From contig CAWFAD010000016.1 in the NCBI GenBank assembly GCA_963813815.1, forward strand, positions 288,001-352,000: a stretch of 64,000 bases of DNA, written 5' to 3'. Position 1 is the first letter of the stretch. Each line of letters begins with the position of its first letter. The notes beneath the pieces were generated by a model, which saw only the letters and a program-made list of their open reading frames with translations, was not told where the DNA came from and searched no databases. The translations under genes and the position numbers were made by a program. Origin of the DNA: an uncultured bacterium (GTDB lineage Bacteria; Krumholzibacteriota; Krumholzibacteriia; Krumholzibacteriales; Krumholzibacteriaceae). Below are positions 52,442 through 61,661 of the stretch, piece after piece.

Positions 52442-53686
52442 TCAGGCGAACCGAAAGATCACCGGCAGGAGAAACGCGACGAGGGCGGCCCACACGCCAT
52501 AGACCGGCAGGTAGCTTCCCACGACGCTCCGCATCGCGGCGAATCCGACCCGCCGCCGGAGCAACGCGACGTAGGTCCAGCATATCCAGGCGAGATGCAC
52601 GATGACGACGAGATTGGCTCCGAGCACGGCTACGCGATTCGGAGTGAACCCGAAGGAGGCTATCCTGAAGAGAATCGCCGATAGGGCGATGGCATCGATC
52701 ACGAGAGTCACGACGACGAGCGCGAAGTTGATATAGTCGATGAGCTGCACGCGCGATTCCTCCGGGCGTTCCACGATCGAAAAGACTGAGATGCCGAGCA
52801 CGAGGAGCAGCAGCCCGTTGAATGTGATGAGGAAGTCGCGATCGATGAACGGGTTCTCCCCCCCGGCGAAGGCCACGACGAGATAGATGACCGCCATGAT
52901 CAGAAAGAGGGGCGAAAATATTCGCGCGAGCGCCGCGGCGATGCCGGTGCGTCGATTGAACACGGCGTCGTACAGGTAGGTCCCGGCGATCGGTACGGCG
53001 GCGGCGCCGAAGATCGCGATATTTTCGAAGTACCAATCCTCGGCTTTCTCGACGACCAGATTAAAGAGCGCAATCGTCACGCCGCTGAACGCTATTCCGC
53101 CGAGCGCCACGAGGCTCCCGAGGACCACCAATTCGCCGTTGTAACGCACGAAGCGAACCCGAGAATCCGCCTCGCGCCACGAGCGTCCCATGAACACGAG
53201 GCCCAAAAAAGCCCAGAAGACGATGGGGAGGTGGATGAGAGCCATAACCACGGAGTCGGTCAATTCGGGAAGCAGACGAACATAGGCGATCGCCGCGAGC
53301 GCGAGGCCCAGCCCGGCGACCAAGCTCCAACGGTCGCGACGCTCGATCCAGAAGTAGGTGGCGAGCGCCATGATGGCCAGCGAAGGGGCGAGGCGGGGAT
53401 AGTACCATTCCTGGCCGAGCCAGATAGCCGGGAGCCGGATGAGCGCGCCAAAGACGACGGCAATGGCGATCGCAACCACGAGCTTGCTGCGCCACGCCGT
53501 TCCGCGCCCGGACCCATGGAACTCGAGCCGAGCCCGCCAGACCCGTAGCGTCGCGGAGTCGGGCTTTTCCCGAGAGGCCTCGTCGAGCGACTCGCGAAAC
53601 GCGTCCGGATCCTGTCGATAGAAAGCTTCCAATCCTTGAGGATCATCCAGCAGCTCGAGTATGCGATCAGTTGTCGCTTTCTTCAC
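52442..53686 (-). CDS. Multi-pass membrane protein, DUF4153-like
   Basis: N-terminal P..LE..YRQDP..F, many TMs, RYNGEL, FGFTPNR.AVLG.NL; GTG start inferred. Confidence 0.7.
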   Translation of the reverse strand: MKKATTDRILELLDDPQGLEAFYRQDPDAFRESLDEASREKPDSATLRVWRARLEFHGSGRGTAWRSKLVVAIAIAVVFGALIRLPAIWLGQEWYYPRLAPSLAIMALATYFWIERRDRWSLVAGLGLALAAIAYVRLLPELTDSVVMALIHLPIVFWAFLGLVFMGRSWREADSRVRFVRYNGELVVLGSLVALGGIAFSGVTIALFNLVVEKAEDWYFENIAIFGAAAVPIAGTYLYDAVFNRRTGIAAALARIFSPLFLIMAVIYLVVAFAGGENPFIDRDFLITFNGLLLLVLGISVFSIVERPEESRVQLIDYINFALVVVTLVIDAIALSAILFRIASFGFTPNRVAVLGANLVVIVHLAWICWTYVALLRRRVGFAAMRSVVGSYLPVYGVWAALVAFLLPVIFRFA

Positions 53687-54005
53687 GGTCGAGGCCCCTC
53701 TCGGCTCAGAACGGCTTGATATGATACGCCGTGTTCCACTTTTGGAAGACGGAGAAGTATAGCTCCTTGGCCGGCAGCGAGTAAAGGACGGACCAAGTCG
53801 TGCCCTTTTGGGAAACGTCCCGCAGCATCTCGCGATCGCCGTGCGGCCAACGGGGCGGCGAACAGCATAGGCATTGCGAGAAACGACGCTTTTCTCATCA
53901 AGGCCCTTTCCGCGATGAGTCACCAATCGGGGCGAACTTTCGATAATGGATGATACGAAATAGGCGGTTCTCGAGTTCCAGCAGGAATGACCGCCATGCG
54001 GCGGG

Positions 54006-55799
54006 TCATTCTTCTCGCTGCTCGAGGCACTCCATCGCGATGGCCAGGTTTTCGCGCGCGGGTTCATTGTCGGGATTGAGCTCGAGGGCCTTTTGGAAGC
54101 AAGGCAAGGCTTCGGGGATCTTGCCCTGTCGCGCCAGCGCTGCGCCGAGATCGATGTAGACGGCGACATACCGAGGATTCATTTCCAGAGCCGCGCGCAT
54201 CTCTCGCACCGCCGCATTCATATTGCCGCCGCGCTGCAAGGCGATGGCACGCTGATAGTGCCAGCGCGCGCCGCTCGGTTCGTAGCCGGTGACGTCCATG
54301 CGAGTCATCGCCAAGAGAAGGGCTGCCGCCCCTACCGCGGCGGCGAACCGGACGAACCGGCGTGCTCGGAGCTGCGCCACCAGCCAGACCAGAAAGGCGG
54401 CCGCGAACACGAGCAGAAATGGGATCACGGGCACCCGGTAACGCGATGTGATCGCGAACGGCAGGTGGGAGAGAAACCAGACCAGCACGACGCTCGCGAT
54501 CAGAAGCACGGCATCGCGTCGCTTCTCGATGTCGACGGCTGCGGCCAAGGCGCTCCGACCCGGACGCCGTCCCCCGAGACTCACGACGAAGCCGAGCAGG
54601 CCGAGCGCCAATGCCACGGGAAAGGTCAGCGGCATCCTGCGCAGCACCCGCGAATGGGATCGATCCAGCGCGATGACCCTGTTGTCGGCAACCTCATCGG
54701 GTCCCCAGTAGAGGGCCGTCTTTCGCAGCAACAATCCGGCGATCCGGGCCGGGTCGTTCCGTATCGCCATGAGCGCGCGGCGCGCAAGGAAGTCCGATGC
54801 GTCGGCGTGGGACATGCGCCTCCCCTCGAGCTGTTCCAGGCGCAGCACGATATCCGGCCAGTCGAAGCTCGTGTCGAGGCTGCCGATTCCCGGCAGCGTG
54901 CCGCGCACCTCTCCGTCGGCGCGCTCGCCGTTGCCGATGAGCAGGTTGATTCCGCCGTTCGACGAGATCGGCACGAAATCCCCGCTGACGCGGTAGTTCC
55001 TGATGGCGACGGGGAGGATGAAGAGCCCCACGCCTGCCGCCATGACGGCCGTATCGCGGACCCAGCGCGCGCGTCCCCGTCGTCGCCGGAACCACAAGGC
55101 CGTCACCGCGCTTAAGAGCAGCGCATTCGGCCGCACCAACGACAGCGCGCCGAGCGCGAGCCCCGCCGCTAGCGCCCGTCCGGCGACGGCGCGATCGCGG
55201 TACCGCAGAAGAGCGAGCACCAGCGCGAGGATCAACACGACCGACAGCGACGGCTCGAGGAGCTCGCCCTCGAAATAGATGAAGATCCACTCGACGGCCG
55301 CGAGGGCGGCCGCGACGAGGCCCGTGGACTCGCCGAAGATCCGCCGCCCAAGCAAGTAGATGATCACGACGCCAACCAGGCCCAGCAGAAACTGCGCCAT
55401 GCGCGGAGTCGTGTAGTCGTCGCCGAGGGCGGCGTATACCGCCGCGAGGAAGAATGGATAACCCGGGGGGCGGAAGTACGGCGTCGTCGATATCTGCGGA
55501 TCCGGCTCGAATCGCGGGGGCCTCCACTGGCGCGAGGCCGCGCTGCGAGCCCAGTAGTCGTGGTATCCGGCGTCCACGAGGGGCAGCGCGAAATCAGGGG
55601 CCCGTTTGATTTCCGCGAGGTAGACGAGACGCAGGATGAAACCGAAAGAGAGGATGATGAACAGAATCGATAGGCTACGCAGGGCTGAATGCTTGCTGGC
55701 GGGTCGGGCTCGGATGGTTGCCGAGAGCGCGTCCGTTTCCGCTCTCGCCGGAGGTCCGGTCGCTCTCCGAGCCCGCTTCAGGCTCCGTTTCCGGCCCAT
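54006..55799 (-). CDS. GT-C (family 39/ArnT-like) glycosyltransferase with C-terminal TPRs
   Basis: DAGYHD.WA, FRPPGYPFFLA, VRPN, SSNGGINL.IGN, SRYRVP, C-terminal TPRs. Confidence 0.82.
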   Translation of the reverse strand: MGRKRSLKRARRATGPPARAETDALSATIRARPASKHSALRSLSILFIILSFGFILRLVYLAEIKRAPDFALPLVDAGYHDYWARSAASRQWRPPRFEPDPQISTTPYFRPPGYPFFLAAVYAALGDDYTTPRMAQFLLGLVGVVIIYLLGRRIFGESTGLVAAALAAVEWIFIYFEGELLEPSLSVVLILALVLALLRYRDRAVAGRALAAGLALGALSLVRPNALLLSAVTALWFRRRRGRARWVRDTAVMAAGVGLFILPVAIRNYRVSGDFVPISSNGGINLLIGNGERADGEVRGTLPGIGSLDTSFDWPDIVLRLEQLEGRRMSHADASDFLARRALMAIRNDPARIAGLLLRKTALYWGPDEVADNRVIALDRSHSRVLRRMPLTFPVALALGLLGFVVSLGGRRPGRSALAAAVDIEKRRDAVLLIASVVLVWFLSHLPFAITSRYRVPVIPFLLVFAAAFLVWLVAQLRARRFVRFAAAVGAAALLLAMTRMDVTGYEPSGARWHYQRAIALQRGGNMNAAVREMRAALEMNPRYVAVYIDLGAALARQGKIPEALPCFQKALELNPDNEPARENLAIAMECLEQREE

Positions 55800-56056
55800 A
55801 TGAACTCCTTCCGTTCATCGGAGCCGGATGCGTCGCGAATCGCCGCGGGCATAATTAATTGTATATGATTAATGGCTCTGCGTCAAGAGCTTATGTGGCT
55901 ACGCAGGGGCCCTGCCGACTTCAGGAAATGCTTGAATGCCAACGCAATTGGTGGTATCATATTTGTATTCCCTATATCTAATGCGGCTCGAGAGCATTCG
56001 CCGAGAAGTATGCGTTTGCGGGTGACGTGCCCCCGGGCTTTGTACAGCTCTGAGAC

Positions 56057-56908
56057 TCAGACCGCCTGTTCGATTGGCGGGAGCTCTGCTGCCTTCGGTG
56101 CCGGCGGCCGATATCCCAGAGAGCTGTGCGGACGAACCCGATTGTACTCCTTTCTCCATCGTTCCACCAGCACCTTGGCTTCCCACAACGTATAGAAGAT
56201 CTCTCTGTTCAAGAGCTCATCTCTAAGCTTGCCGTTAAACGACTCGTTGTATCCATTCTCCCAGGGACTGCCTGGCTCGATGAACAGCGTCTTGACTCCG
56301 AGCCGCTGCAGCCAGCTCCGCAACACCTTCGCCGTCATCTCAGCCCCATTATCCGATCGTATGCAGTTCGGCGTCCCTCTCTCTATGAACAGTTTCGCCA
56401 AAGTCATCAACACATCATGCGAGCTGAGCCGTCTCTCGACGCGAAGAGCCAAACACTCCCGGCTGTACTCATCGATGATCGTCAGCAACCGCAACGGCCT
56501 GCCGTCATGCGTGCGCTCGTGCACAAAATCATAGGACCAGACATGATCACGGTACTCCGGCCTCAGACGGACGCAGGAGCCGTCATTCAGCCATAACCTC
56601 CCTCGTTTCGGCTGCCGCTTCGGCACCTTCAGCCCTTCCCGCCGCCAGATGCGCTCCACCCGCTTGTGATTCACGCGCCAGCTTTCTCTCCTGAGCATCG
56701 CCGTCACCCGGCGATAGCCGTATCTGCCGTACTCTGTCGCAAGCTCGATGATCCTCTTCACGAGCAATGGCTCATCATCGGCCACCCGCGGCTCGTACCG
56801 CTGCGTCGATCGCGGTTGATTTAACACCCGGCACGCACGGTTCTCCGAGACCCCAAGTTCTCCGCACACGTGCTCGACCGCCCGGCGTCGACGTACCGGG
56901 CTCAGAAA
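56057..56908 (-). CDS. IS3 transposase OrfB (DDE), expressed as OrfAB by -1 frameshift
   Basis: [53 protein letters not shown] at end of orfA. Confidence 0.92.
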   Translation of the reverse strand, partial: FLSPVRRRRAVEHVCGELGVSENRACRVLNQPRSTQRYEPRVADDEPLLVKRIIELATEYGRYGYRRVTAMLRRESWRVNHKRVERIWRREGLKVPKRQPKRGRLWLNDGSCVRLRPEYRDHVWSYDFVHERTHDGRPLRLLTIIDEYSRECLALRVERRLSSHDVLMTLAKLFIERGTPNCIRSDNGAEMTAKVLRSWLQRLGVKTLFIEPGSPWENGYNESFNGKLRDELLNREIFYTLWEAKVLVERWRKEYNRVRPHSSLGYRPPAPKAAELPPIEQAV

Positions 56909-57180
56909 TTTCCCCGGTTCGCCTCTTTCAAGATCGCGATATCCAGGGATAGATCAGCCACCAGCTTCTTCAGCCTCGCGTTCTCCTTCTCGAGCTCTTT
57001 CAGATGCCTTGCCTGCTGAATGTCCAGGCCACCATATTCCTTGCGCCATCGAAAGTAGGTGTTCTCGCTCACGTTGAGCTGCCGGCATACTTCCCCTACA
57101 TTCTGGCCCTTGGAGAGAAGAACCTCGGCCTCTCGAAGTTTCGTGATGATCTGTTCCGCAGTAAACCGCTTCCTGGGCAT
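56902..57180 (-). CDS. IS3 transposase OrfA (HTH)
   Basis: [38 protein letters not shown]. Confidence 0.93.
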   Translation of the reverse strand: MPRKRFTAEQIITKLREAEVLLSKGQNVGEVCRQLNVSENTYFRWRKEYGGLDIQQARHLKELEKENARLKKLVADLSLDIAILKEANRGNF

Positions 57181-57392
57181 CGAAAAACCCCCTTTTCACT
57201 CGGCCAGAGTATAACTCACAGCCTTGATCCGAACTAGGGGGTCACGTCATTCTCGTTTCTGAACCGCCCCCGCTTTGCAGTCGCACAGCGGATCAGGCGA
57301 AGTTATTCTGAGGCCGTGTTCGAGCGCAAGCTTGCCGGATTGCGATTGGGATTGCCCGAAGGAGCCCGAAGAGGAGTATAATTCCGGCGGCT

Positions 57393-58328
57393 ATGAAGTT
57401 CAGGGCAAGAACGCTCGTGGTGTCGATCATGATTGCGGTCGCCGGCTCGGCGGGCGCGCGCGCCAAGTCCTTTATCGCCCCGGTTTCCGAAGATCCCGCG
57501 ACAAGAACGACCATCGTTGGCCGTGTGTACAGGCACACGGTGCGGCCGGGCGAGACGCTGCTCGATATCGCGAGAAAGTACGATATGGGGATAACGGAGC
57601 TGCAGCTGTTCTATCCCACGCTGGATCAGTGGCTGCTCGAGGAGGGGAGCGTCCTGCAGATTCCGGCATTCTGGATTCTCCCCGCGGCGAAGGGGGAAGG
57701 CATCGTCATCAATGTGCCGGAGCTGCGCCTCTACTATTTTATAGCGAAGTATGGGGCGGTCTGGACGTACCCCGTGACAGTCGGAGAAAAGGAGACGCCG
57801 ACGCCGATCGGCACGTTCCAAGTCGCGGAAAGAGCGGTCAACCCGACGTGGAGCATCCCGGAGAGGCTTCAGGGCAAGTACCGGGAAAAGAGCCTGCCGC
57901 CGGGGAAAGACAACCCGATCGGAAAACACTGGCTGGGACTTTCCCGGGAGCGTTACGGAATTCACGGGACGGACAACGCCTGGAGCGTGGGGCGCATCAT
58001 CAGCAACGGGTGCATTCGGCTCTACCCGGAGGACATGGAGATGCTGTTTCCCGAGGCGCCGAGAGGCACGCTCGTCTACATCGTGTACCAGCCGGTGAAG
58101 TTCGGCTTCAGGAAGGGCAGGATTTTCGTCGAAGTCCACGACGACATCTACGGCAGGATCAAGAACCTCGAACGGCACGCGCGGTCTCTCGCGAAGAAAA
58201 TGGGCATCGAGGATTCATTGGACTGGGAGGAGGTTCATATGGCATTACATGAAAAGAGTGGGGTTCCTGTTCCGGTGGGCGCCCTGCCGGAAGGAGGTGG
58301 GGGCGAGCGTTTGTCGCGGCACCGGTAA
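57393..58328 (+). CDS. LysM-containing L,D-transpeptidase (ErfK/YbiS/YcfS/YnhG family)
   Basis: Signal peptide, GETLLDIARKY (LysM), IVINVPELRLYY, NPTW..P, YGIHGT..SNGCIRL. Confidence 0.92.
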   Translation: MKFRARTLVVSIMIAVAGSAGARAKSFIAPVSEDPATRTTIVGRVYRHTVRPGETLLDIARKYDMGITELQLFYPTLDQWLLEEGSVLQIPAFWILPAAKGEGIVINVPELRLYYFIAKYGAVWTYPVTVGEKETPTPIGTFQVAERAVNPTWSIPERLQGKYREKSLPPGKDNPIGKHWLGLSRERYGIHGTDNAWSVGRIISNGCIRLYPEDMEMLFPEAPRGTLVYIVYQPVKFGFRKGRIFVEVHDDIYGRIKNLERHARSLAKKMGIEDSLDWEEVHMALHEKSGVPVPVGALPEGGGGERLSRHR

Positions 58329-58374
58329 ACGAGAGGGACGTCTGGGGTATCTCGATTGAAGGGAGGGACGTGTT

Positions 58375-58707
58375 ATGAAGCCACGCTTCATCGTTATCGT
58401 GGCATTTGTGCTCCTTGCGGCGCTCATGACGAGCTGCGCCACGACGGGAGACCTGAAGGAGCTTCAGGGGGAGATTGACGCAGCCAACTTGAAGGCCGAG
58501 CAGGCGCTGGCGAAAGCCGATCAGGCGACCCGCGACGCCGCGGCGGCCACGATGGCCGTTCAGGGAGCGCAGGCCGAGTGCAGCAAAGCCACGGAAGCGG
58601 CCGCGCAGGCGGCCGAAGCGGCGGCTCGCGCCGAAGCGGCGGCGAAGCTCGCCGAGGACAACGCCAAGAAGGCGGAGGCGATCCTCTTGAAGGGGATGAG
58701 GAAATAG
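58375..58707 (+). CDS. Lpp/OprI-like alanine-zipper lipoprotein
   Basis: Lipobox LMTS-C, Ala-rich coiled coil, C-terminal Lys (GMRK). Confidence 0.8.
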   Translation: MKPRFIVIVAFVLLAALMTSCATTGDLKELQGEIDAANLKAEQALAKADQATRDAAAATMAVQGAQAECSKATEAAAQAAEAAARAEAAAKLAEDNAKKAEAILLKGMRK

Positions 58708-58747
58708 GGAAACGATCGACGAGTAGGACGCCCCGCGTCATAAGAGG

Positions 58748-58783
58748 AAGAAGCGGCGCCGATTTGGCTCGGCGCCGCTTCTT
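58748..58783. terminator. Hairpin between convergent genes (probable bidirectional terminator)
   Basis: 15-bp perfect stem AAGAAGCGGCGCCGA / TCGGCGCCGCTTCTT with 6-nt loop. Confidence 0.75.
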
Positions 58784-58837
58784 GTTGCCGCGCCCCCTTT
58801 GAGCGCGCTCTCCCGCCCGCGACCTCGGCCGCGCCGG

Positions 58838-59365
58838 CTAGGGTCGTATCTCCACCGGCGTCCACGGAAGGACGAGGTCCCAGATTTCTTCGATCTCGCC
58901 GTTCGTGAGCGCGACGCAGCCGTTGGTCCAATCGAAGAGGTATTGGACATCCCCCATCCACAGCTGTTTCTTGCTCAGGCCGTGGATCATGATGTTGTTG
59001 CCGGGAGCGACGCCGAGAGAGTCGGCCCGCGTCAGGTCGTCGAGATTCGGGTACGTCAGATGGAGGGCCTTGTGATAGACGCTGTTGCCGACCTTGTAAT
59101 CGACGAAATAGAGCCCCTCGGGCGTCTTGTTATCGCCCCGCATCGCCTTTGGACCAATGGGGTCGCGGCCCAGAGCGACTCTGTAGACCGCCACTTCCCG
59201 CTCGCCCTTGAGAAGCGTCATTTTTCGCTTCGATTTCTCGATGACGATGCGATCCACCGCGTCGACGGCCGTGCTCAAAGTGTCGTTGGGCGCCGCGAGC
59301 GCGGCGAAGGAGGAGAGGAGGCCAACCGCATACACGAACAGGACGGCGGCTCTTGTCTGCACCAT
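58838..59365 (-). CDS. YafK/DpaA(LdtF)-like YkuD-domain protein
   Basis: IEKSKRKM.L, GPK..RGD.KTPEG.Y, L.YPN..D, IMIHG, WTNGCVAL. Confidence 0.85.
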   Translation of the reverse strand: MVQTRAAVLFVYAVGLLSSFAALAAPNDTLSTAVDAVDRIVIEKSKRKMTLLKGEREVAVYRVALGRDPIGPKAMRGDNKTPEGLYFVDYKVGNSVYHKALHLTYPNLDDLTRADSLGVAPGNNIMIHGLSKKQLWMGDVQYLFDWTNGCVALTNGEIEEIWDLVLPWTPVEIRP

Positions 59366-59478
59366 GTCTCGACCCATATATAGCACCGGTCAAATGTAGT
59401 GGGCTACGCACTCTTCCTTCCGCGAGTGTAGCACCGCCGCGGCTGTATCGAGAGCCAAAAGGCGATGCGCCGCATGAG

Positions 59479-60534
59479 CTATTCGAGATCGCGGCGGCGC
59501 GCAAACTCCGCCGCGAGAGCCCAGTATGGATCGACCACGGGATGTTCCAGGGTCGTTTCTGTCCCCTTGTGCATCACTGTCAGGCCTTCCTCCCTCTGAA
59601 CGACCTCGCCGCAAACCGCGCTCGGTATGCCGCCTGCTTCCAGGGCGGCCGTGAGCTCATCGGCTTCCCGTTCGTCGACAACGGCGATGAGGGTGCCTTC
59701 GCTGATGGAAGAGAACGAATCGAATTTGAAGAGCTCGGCTGTTCTTTTCACCGCAGGTTGGATCGGTATCAGATCCTGATCAATTCTGAGCCCGTACTCG
59801 CCCGCCCTCGCCATCTCGTAGAGCGCGCCCCAAATGCCGCACTCGGTCGCGTCATGCATTACGTGTACCCCGCTGAATGTCCTCGCTATCGCGCAATCAT
59901 CGAGAACGCTCATTTGTTTGAAAACTCCTGCAGCCTCCTTTTGGAAAGCTTCCCCGCCTGCTGCCACGAATTTCTCGGGGAATAGCACGGCGAGCAGCCC
60001 CGTCGTTTCTATCGCCGGCCCTTTCGTTATCACTATCTTATCTCCGATTCGCGCCTTGTAAGGGGCTCTCAGCTCCTTTTCGTCCCCGATTGCGATCGCG
60101 GTCGCTCCACCGACCATGGGATAGTTGCATCCGGTGTAGCGCGCCGTGTGACCCGTCACGACGCTGATTCCGTATTTCATCGCTTCTTCATGCACTGCGT
60201 TCCACAGCTCTTCTAGCTGGGCCTCCGTCGTCTCCGGCGGAAGATTGAGATCGATCGCGAGATATTTCGGCGTAAGCCCCGAAACGGCCACGTCGCAGAC
60301 TATGATATGAAAGCCGAACCAGGCCGCCCTCGAGAAGCCGAACGAGGGAACGATGAAAAATGGATCCGTCGACAGGGCGACGACTCTTCCGCCGATTCTG
60401 AGCACGCCAAAGTCCACGCCATGCCGCGGGCCTATGATGATGCTCTCGTCCCGCACGCCGAGGCGGGGATAGACAACGCGGTCGAAGAATTCAGGATGGA
60501 TCTTGCCGAGCTCGGGAAGTTTTTTGATGTTCAT
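59479..60534 (-). CDS. AIR synthase-related (PurM/HypE/ThiL superfamily) protein
   Basis: GVDFG, STDP, DVAVSG, TGHT, MHDATECG..GALYEMA, ISEGTLI. Confidence 0.85.
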   Translation of the reverse strand: MNIKKLPELGKIHPEFFDRVVYPRLGVRDESIIIGPRHGVDFGVLRIGGRVVALSTDPFFIVPSFGFSRAAWFGFHIIVCDVAVSGLTPKYLAIDLNLPPETTEAQLEELWNAVHEEAMKYGISVVTGHTARYTGCNYPMVGGATAIAIGDEKELRAPYKARIGDKIVITKGPAIETTGLLAVLFPEKFVAAGGEAFQKEAAGVFKQMSVLDDCAIARTFSGVHVMHDATECGIWGALYEMARAGEYGLRIDQDLIPIQPAVKRTAELFKFDSFSSISEGTLIAVVDEREADELTAALEAGGIPSAVCGEVVQREEGLTVMHKGTETTLEHPVVDPYWALAAEFARRRDLE

Positions 60535-60540
60535 GCCCGC

Positions 60541-60640
60541 TCCCTCCGCAGGTATTAACCTGATCAGGTTCGATGGGTCCCCGGATGTCCTCCAGGTTCT
60601 CAGCCCCGGGTTCGCCGGGCGAATCGAGGGGCTCCCCGAG
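60541..60640 (-). promoter_or_regulatory. TPP riboswitch
   Basis: Minus strand CTCGGGGAGC...GCTGAGA...ACCCATCGAACCTGATCAGGTTAATACCTGCGGAGGGA, the canonical TPP aptamer signature. Confidence 0.93.
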
Positions 60641-60695
60641 TAAACTCGCGATGTCGGATGGCAGGATATGCTAGACTGAATCTTTCGTCAAGGGG

Positions 60696-61661
60696 ATGGA
60701 GTCTACGGGGAAGCGTGCCGCGAAATACGTGACCCATCATGAAGGAGATACTGAAAGCTTGCCTCGGGAGCAGGTAATCATTGTCGGGGCCGGACCGGCC
60801 GGCACGGCCGCCGCGGCGCAGTGTCAGCGGCTCGGTGTCACCCCGCTTCTTCTCGACCGAACGGGGACCGCCGGCGGTCTTGCGGAGAATGCATACTGCA
60901 TCGAGAACTATCCGGGAATGCCGGAGCCCCTCGGCGGGATTCAATTCGCGGAAAATCTGAGAGCGCATCTCGCACGGTTCGATCTGACGGTCGGCAGGGT
61001 GGAGGCCATGGGGATCATGCGAAAGAGGAATGAGCTCTCGGTGAAACATGCCGGCGGCGAGCTGCTCGCGCGGTCGCTGATCCTGGCGAACGGCAGCGAG
61101 CCGTCCCGGTTGGATCTCGCGGGGGAAAATGAGCTCGACGGCGTAAAACTATTCTATGAAGTCCGCTCTTTGCTTCGCTGCCACGCGAAGCCTCGAGATG
61201 TCGTCGTCGTGGGCGGGGGGGAAGCCGCGTGCGATTATGCGCTTACACTGGCGTCGGCGGGCGCGACAGTGCATCTCGTGGTGCGCTCCGATCGTCTGAA
61301 GGCGCGCGGAGATCTGGCGAGCGCCGTGCAACGGTCGCCGGCCATACGAATTTCCCACGGAACCCGGTGCGAACGGATCGCGGCATCGCCGCTTTTCACC
61401 GTCCGGCTGCGGAACGCGAACACGGGAAGCATGGTGGAGCTGAGCCCCGACGCCCTATTAATCGCCGTCGGAAGACGCAGCGCGGCGCCGAGCCTGCTCG
61501 ACCCGCTCGGCGTTTCGGTGGCCGACTGCGTTGCCGGTTCGATACCGGGATTGTTCGTCGCAGGCGATGCACGCATCGGATCGCTCGGACAAATCGGCAT
61601 GGCGGTCGGCGACGGCATCCGCGCGGCGGCGGCAGCCGTCGACTTTCTGGAGAATTCATGA
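60696..61661 (+). CDS. Thioredoxin-reductase-like FAD/NAD(P)H oxidoreductase without CxxC
   Basis: IIVGAGPAG, IENYPG, VVVGGGEAA, GLFVAGD; start uncertain. Confidence 0.82.
   Translation: MESTGKRAAKYVTHHEGDTESLPREQVIIVGAGPAGTAAAAQCQRLGVTPLLLDRTGTAGGLAENAYCIENYPGMPEPLGGIQFAENLRAHLARFDLTVGRVEAMGIMRKRNELSVKHAGGELLARSLILANGSEPSRLDLAGENELDGVKLFYEVRSLLRCHAKPRDVVVVGGGEAACDYALTLASAGATVHLVVRSDRLKARGDLASAVQRSPAIRISHGTRCERIAASPLFTVRLRNANTGSMVELSPDALLIAVGRRSAAPSLLDPLGVSVADCVAGSIPGLFVAGDARIGSLGQIGMAVGDGIRAAAAAVDFLENS

Larger units (their letters stand above)
56023..57249 (-). mobile_element. IS3-family insertion sequence (1227 bp)
   Basis: Terminal IRs TGACGTGCCCCC (56023) / GGGGGTCACGTCA (to 57249), TG...CA ends, orfA/orfB arrangement. 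Confidence 0.93.

Noticed and set aside
52296..56022. Right-hand junction closing the glucan synthase module
   Set aside because: No copy of the 40-nt arm found by eye; GGAGCCGG near 55820 lacks both arms.
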